DNA from: Desulfobacterales bacterium
GTDB lineage: Bacteria > Desulfobacterota > Desulfobacteria > Desulfobacterales > UBA2174
DNA: 64,000 nt
Reading direction: 5' to 3'
Assembly (NCBI GenBank): GCA_963668645.2
Contig: CAXXWC010000019.1
Location: 1 to 64,000 of the forward strand
Shown: positions 59,528 through 64,000 of the stretch, one piece after another
Numbering within the stretch: position 1 is the first letter of the stretch
Layout: each line of letters begins with the position of its first letter
Program-made: the position numbers and the translations under genes
Notes under the pieces: generated by a model
Seen by the model: the letters and a program-made list of their open reading frames with translations, nothing else
Database searches by the model: none
What the model was told of the DNA's origin: nothing

Positions 59528-59630
59528 GTGATTAAATTGCGGTCTAGCATCCGCTACCATAAATGGGGAAGAAGATGCCCTGTGGGAGCACACTTTCTTA
59601 AATCTCGGCGACAAGGCCGGACAGCCACCT

Positions 59631-60389
59631 CTATTGGAACCTGATAAACTCGCCGTCAAAGGAAATGCTCGCCACGGACTCCGGCTTGGGTTCGATGGCC
59701 TTATAATGCATATCCGCGAGTACGCTGTCCCGAAGGCTCATCTTCGAAAACAGATGCCCATAAACAAGCTCCATGGCATCCCCGGGTCCCAACCCGGCAG
59801 CGGCCAGCTTCTGTTCATCGATCATGCGCAGACCATCAATTGCACCGACCTGTTTATCCCCGGCCATCACGCCCATCTCCTGCATCTGAAACAATCCTGC
59901 CTCACCGATCTGCCTGACCGCCTGCTGGGTAATCACGCGCTGGCTCTCGATGGCCTGCAGCAGCCTGATCCTTTGCTTCAGGAAATCCGTAGGTTCGCCG
60001 CTCCGGTTAAAGATTGCCTTTCCCGGTCCCGAATTAAAATGGGGCGCGTCGGCATCTATGGCCAGGGTAAACCCGGAGGAAGAGGAAGTGGTGTCGCTGC
60101 GGGCAAGTATAAATGGGTATCGGCGGATATAGATGGGGATATACGCGGACCTCCAGGTGCCGTCCTCGTCGACATACCGGTTCACTCCCTGCTTGAAGCC
60201 AAGAAGGGCATGCGGCAGATCCGTCCCGTTGTCCGGAAAGCAAACGTAGTATTCCCTTATCACCCTTGGAAGCTCCTGTAAAAAAACAGGACAAAAATTT
60301 TCCCGGGCGGCAAAGCCATAGCCGATGTTCGGGTTGAATTGCAGGTTGTCCGATTTGTTCAGGGGCTTAACGGCGGTATACATATGCAC
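59631..60389 (-). CDS. sapC: SapC family protein (S-layer/T1SS-associated)
   Basis: YGFAA...P....E...REY.V.F, ALLG...G.N.YVDEDG.W...YIP.YIRRYPF.L, IF...GEPT.FL, IDE.KL. Confidence 0.85.
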   Translation of the reverse strand: MHMYTAVKPLNKSDNLQFNPNIGYGFAARENFCPVFLQELPRVIREYYVCFPDNGTDLPHALLGFKQGVNRYVDEDGTWRSAYIPIYIRRYPFILARSDTTSSSSGFTLAIDADAPHFNSGPGKAIFNRSGEPTDFLKQRIRLLQAIESQRVITQQAVRQIGEAGLFQMQEMGVMAGDKQVGAIDGLRMIDEQKLAAAGLGPGDAMELVYGHLFSKMSLRDSVLADMHYKAIEPKPESVASISFDGEFIRFQ

Positions 60390-60538
60390 GGGTCCTTCGC
60401 AGTAGAAAAGGGTTACGCTGAACCGGCTGCGATTAGCTACCAGTTATACGGTAGCATGTCAATTTTATCATGAATGAAATCCATGCTCTCAGCCTGCCGG
60501 TAATGACAAACCGGAAAAGATCGGCCGGGCCATAATAC

Positions 60539-60578
60539 AAAAAACCAACCCCCACTCCTGCCGGAATGGGGGTTGGTT
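60539..60578 (-). terminator. terminator of the large acidic secreted protein gene
   Basis: AACCAACCCCCA...TGGGGGTTGGTT stem with an A-run on the plus strand (T-run on minus). Confidence 0.75.
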
Positions 60579-60638
60579 CGCGCTGCTATCGTTTTTACGC
60601 TGGCACGTCCTGTGCCGTGTTCGGGTCAAAGACGAACG

Positions 60639-63600
60639 TTATACCAGGACAAAGTTGTCAGCATCCAGATCACCCGCATCAATACCGACCAGGGTGATGT
60701 AACCGATCACCTCCGAGCCGATGTAAATGGGCACATCATCGACATCGGCGGAATCACTGCCGAAGTAGATGTGGAAGTCACCGTCGCCTGTAAGGGTATT
60801 GGAATCGGAGCCAGCCTCCCATTGCAGGCCAGTGGCGAAGTCACTGAAATCGAGGATATCGCTTGTAGAAACCTCGAAGCCGTAAATCTCGATATCGCCG
60901 TTGTCCGTGCCGTTGAAGACGAAGCTGAAGTCATCGGATGCATAGTAGTCGTCGAGATAGTAAGTTTGGTCACCGCTTCCCACCTCGACCGTGCCGTCAG
61001 CAGAACGGACATGCAGGTAGGCCGTCAGCTCGCCGGAATAGCCGGAAGCATCCAGCGTGCTGCCGGAAATGTCCAGATAGGACCAATCCTCTTCCACCGT
61101 CGCATAGCCGATATTCAGCGTGCTGCCACCGGTGACATAGAGCGTGTGGCCGTTGAGGTCGAAGTCGTCCACGTCGCTGATATTCAGGGTCGCATCCGAG
61201 ACGTGGATGGTAAAATCGTCCACAAGCGTTCCATCGAGCTCATTGATGTTCAACTCTCCGTCTCCGGAGACGTAGAGCTCTTCGGCACCCGGCCCGGCAT
61301 CCGAGCCGACAGCATCACTCAGTCCGAGCCAATCGATGGTGAAGTCGTCGCCGTTGTTGACCGTGACGATGTGCAGGGTTTCCTCGAGGTTGGTCATGTC
61401 AACTTCGTACAGGAAACGATCCCCTGTCCCCTGGTTGGTGATGGTGAAGTTCACGGAATCCGGCACGGAATCCGCATCGGAGCCCAAGGCCATGGAGATG
61501 GTCCCGTTGAAGTAGATGTCGTCGTCGGCCCCCAGCATTCTCAGCTCGGAGGCGTCGGAGACGTTGGCGAACTCGACATTGCCATCCAGCGTGAATCCGC
61601 CGTCCTGAGAGTTGATGTACAGCAGACCGTAAACCGTCTGCTCGATATCTCCGGTGATTTCCAGGCCCAGCGGCGTATCCACGGCGATGCTGAGACCTTC
61701 GCCGGCAGCGTGCCCCAGATCGTCCATCATCATCTTGGTGTTGTCGATATCGGACTCCACGGTCAACTCTGTCATCCGGGTGCCGTTAAAGTCATCCACC
61801 CAGGCCACCGTGCCCTCTGCCACACCGAGCTGCAGGGTAATCGCGATGGCCTGTTGATCCTCAATATCCACGTGGCTGGCCACGTAGGAATCACTGCCGC
61901 TGTTTTCGATGATGTAGGTCCGTTCATCGATCAGATCCGGCAGCCCCCCGTCCAGCATCGCCCGCTCGAAGATGATGTCGATGTTGCCCAGGTCGTCACC
62001 GATTTCGACCACCGGCCCGCCGGGCAGGTTCACCACCTTCAGATCGTAACCGTGGGTGCCGGCGATGGCCAGGGTCTCAAGATCGGCATCGTAGCGGTCC
62101 GCCGAGATGCTGATCCTGCCCAGGGGATCGAGGTCGTCGGTTCCGACAGCCCAGAAGTTGTAGATGACCTTGGTGCCTTCCCCGTTGCTGCTCTCCGAAC
62201 CGGCGTCGGTGATGATCTCGATGGCACGGGAGGCCTGATCCACGTTGGTCAGCACCACCTGCTCGCCGAGACTGGTATCGTCGGCCACGTTGTCGCGCAG
62301 TTGCAGGGTGAAGTAGCCAAGGTCGGTCTCCGGATGCAGGACCACCGGGTAGTAGTCGTCCAGATGGTCGAACGGATCTTCTTCGGTATAGGCATCGGAT
62401 ACATACGCGAAGACGGACTCCGGTGAGTCGCTCCAGCTTGCACCGTCACTGCCGAAGAAGACGGCGCCGTCCGCATCCGCGTAGAGGGTCTTGAAGTCGA
62501 AAGGCGTGCCGTCCTCGAGCTGCTCGCTGGCCAAAGCCGTCTGCAGATCTTCGATGGTGTCGAAGACAAACTCCTTGGGCGCTTCGTTGGGGTCGACGTT
62601 GTCAAAACGGATGTAGATGTCATCGGGAGTTTCATAGTCGCCGGCATCGGAATTGCCCGGGCCGCCGACCACAGTGTCGACCAGGTCCTTGAAAGCCTGT
62701 TCGATGTTCTCCGCCTCGCTGTCCTGTCCTGTGTAGCCTGCATCGCTGAAGTCAAAGACACCGATGGCATCATTGAGGTCGCCCTGGTCATCGACCTGGT
62801 CGGAGTGCCACTGCGCCAGCCCGTCGGAGTAATCGGCAATATCACCCGCCAGATCCGAGAAGGGTTTTTCGCGCTCTTCGAGCCGCACCCAGCCGGCGAT
62901 CTCCTCGTCGATGTGGCTCAGGTCGTACTGCAATGTATTATCCAGGAACCAAGGCTGAATCCCGTCAATCTCTCCATCGCTGTCATACGTATAACTCCCG
63001 TACATGTGGGCATCACTGACCTGGAATCCTCCGCCAAGCTCCGTGACGTTGACGCTTCCCGTCTCGGCGTCGGAAGCAAGGCCGATGGAAGCGCCGAACT
63101 CAGCAAAGTAGTCGTCCACCTGCGCTGCCGTGAGCGTCAGCGTGGAGTCATCCGTCAGCTCGAAGGACATGCCGGGTTCGACCGTGAGTTCAAGGTTGGT
63201 AAAGTCGATGTCCCCGTCGATGATCACCGTACCGTCTCCCAGGAAGTTCAGGGTCGCGGCGTTGGAAAGGTCGACATCGTCGGTAAAGGTCACTTCGCTT
63301 CCGGAAAAATCGGCGTCGCTGAAACCTCCGGGCACACCGTCCGAGCCATACCCGAACTGGAAGGTCCAAATACCGTCTTCGGCCAGTTCGACTTCACCCA
63401 GGGTGAAAAGGACCGAGTAAATTGGACCGTACAGCCACTCGGTGAACATAAAAGCATCGCCGTCAATGGCGTCTATGACCCCCAACTCGGCGTGGCCGTA
63501 CCATGAACTCGCATCCAGAAGCTTGAGGCCGTCGCCGCTGATGCCGACGTTGGCGCCATCATCGCCGAGGTAGATCTCGCCATCTCCTCTAAGATAGAGC

Positions 63601-64000
63601 TGATCGACGCTCCCCAGTTCGATGGCCGGACTGCCTCCGGGGCCCATGTATGTGGCGTCTTCGGAAACCCAGATACCGAAGGCCCCGAACGCCTGGTCAG
63701 TAAGGTCGATATGGCCCACCGTTGCCTGGCTTTCGCCGTAAACTTCCAACCAAGCCCAGGCTTCCATCTCCACGTCTGTAATTGTCAAGCCGTCACTGAC
63801 TGCAAGGGTCCAGGCCCCTGGGACCCCGCCGGGCACCACGTCCAGTATTTCACCGCTGTCCAGGCTGATGAAACGACTCGGCCCGTACACGCTGTACTGA
63901 AAGACGTAGTCCTCGACGCCATCGGCATCGGAAACGCTCAGCCGCGGGCAAAAAACATCGTAGAACAAGTCGAAGCCACCCTCCTCGGTCTCGGTGAAGG
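60639..64000 (-). CDS. large, very acidic secreted beta-rich protein (S-layer/RTX-like T1SS substrate), C-terminal part; 5' end outside window
   Basis: Frame is open beyond 63968 to the window end. D/E/G/T/S-rich with very few K/R; TLTLTAAQ motif; C-terminus ITLVGIDAGDLDADNFVLV resembles T1SS signals; sapC adjacent. Confidence 0.8.
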   Translation of the reverse strand, partial: FTETEEGGFDLFYDVFCPRLSVSDADGVEDYVFQYSVYGPSRFISLDSGEILDVVPGGVPGAWTLAVSDGLTITDVEMEAWAWLEVYGESQATVGHIDLTDQAFGAFGIWVSEDATYMGPGGSPAIELGSVDQLYLRGDGEIYLGDDGANVGISGDGLKLLDASSWYGHAELGVIDAIDGDAFMFTEWLYGPIYSVLFTLGEVELAEDGIWTFQFGYGSDGVPGGFSDADFSGSEVTFTDDVDLSNAATLNFLGDGTVIIDGDIDFTNLELTVEPGMSFELTDDSTLTLTAAQVDDYFAEFGASIGLASDAETGSVNVTELGGGFQVSDAHMYGSYTYDSDGEIDGIQPWFLDNTLQYDLSHIDEEIAGWVRLEEREKPFSDLAGDIADYSDGLAQWHSDQVDDQGDLNDAIGVFDFSDAGYTGQDSEAENIEQAFKDLVDTVVGGPGNSDAGDYETPDDIYIRFDNVDPNEAPKEFVFDTIEDLQTALASEQLEDGTPFDFKTLYADADGAVFFGSDGASWSDSPESVFAYVSDAYTEEDPFDHLDDYYPVVLHPETDLGYFTLQLRDNVADDTSLGEQVVLTNVDQASRAIEIITDAGSESSNGEGTKVIYNFWAVGTDDLDPLGRISISADRYDADLETLAIAGTHGYDLKVVNLPGGPVVEIGDDLGNIDIIFERAMLDGGLPDLIDERTYIIENSGSDSYVASHVDIEDQQAIAITLQLGVAEGTVAWVDDFNGTRMTELTVESDIDNTKMMMDDLGHAAGEGLSIAVDTPLGLEITGDIEQTVYGLLYINSQDGGFTLDGNVEFANVSDASELRMLGADDDIYFNGTISMALGSDADSVPDSVNFTITNQGTGDRFLYEVDMTNLEETLHIVTVNNGDDFTIDWLGLSDAVGSDAGPGAEELYVSGDGELNINELDGTLVDDFTIHVSDATLNISDVDDFDLNGHTLYVTGGSTLNIGYATVEEDWSYLDISGSTLDASGYSGELTAYLHVRSADGTVEVGSGDQTYYLDDYYASDDFSFVFNGTDNGDIEIYGFEVSTSDILDFSDFATGLQWEAGSDSNTLTGDGDFHIYFGSDSADVDDVPIYIGSEVIGYITLVGIDAGDLDADNFVLV

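Noticed and set aside
51751..59528. Composite transposon or prophage between the twin genes
   Set aside because: No transposase, integrase, terminal inverted repeats or phage genes; the repeats are diverged genes.

Overview
GC-rich chromosomal window, probably from an anaerobic Desulfobacterota (Desulfobacterales-like) bacterium; this is inferred from gene content. Positions 1-51.7 kb are mostly core and metabolic genes: porA and a frameshifted porB, a ferritin-VIT1 fusion, an rRNA methyltransferase, an AhpF-like reductase, a TetR-SulP-phosphorelay operon, hemL, tRNA-Lys(CTT), rpsF-rpsR-yybS-rplI-dnaB-hflX-suhB, a divergent second dnaA, uvrA, the F0 ATP synthase genes atpZIBE, pyrK, pgeF, rfaE2, an orphan korA, a NarL/PAS two-component pair, lolC/E, the hcpR-hcp cluster, panB/panG and hisS-aspS. 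Positions 51.7-64 kb form an accessory cell-surface locus. It holds a very acidic secreted S-layer/RTX-like protein and sapC. It also holds two copies of a complete small transcription unit (promoter with internal palindrome, RBS, ~80-aa gene, terminator). These copies bracket a PsbP-like protein, an HExxH protease with a dockerin-like tail, a GT41 glycosyltransferase-sulfotransferase fusion and a sulfotransferase-GT2 fusion. The strongest leads are: (1) this putative S-layer glycosylation/sulfation cassette with its twin bracket genes and shared operator; (2) a 'hypothetical' protein at 40742-41911 that carries all RelA/SpoT synthetase motifs in order but substituted; (3) a stand-alone glycyl-radical/zinc-ribbon mini-protein with an upstream NrdR-like box. 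All family calls come from reading motifs by eye; no searches were run.
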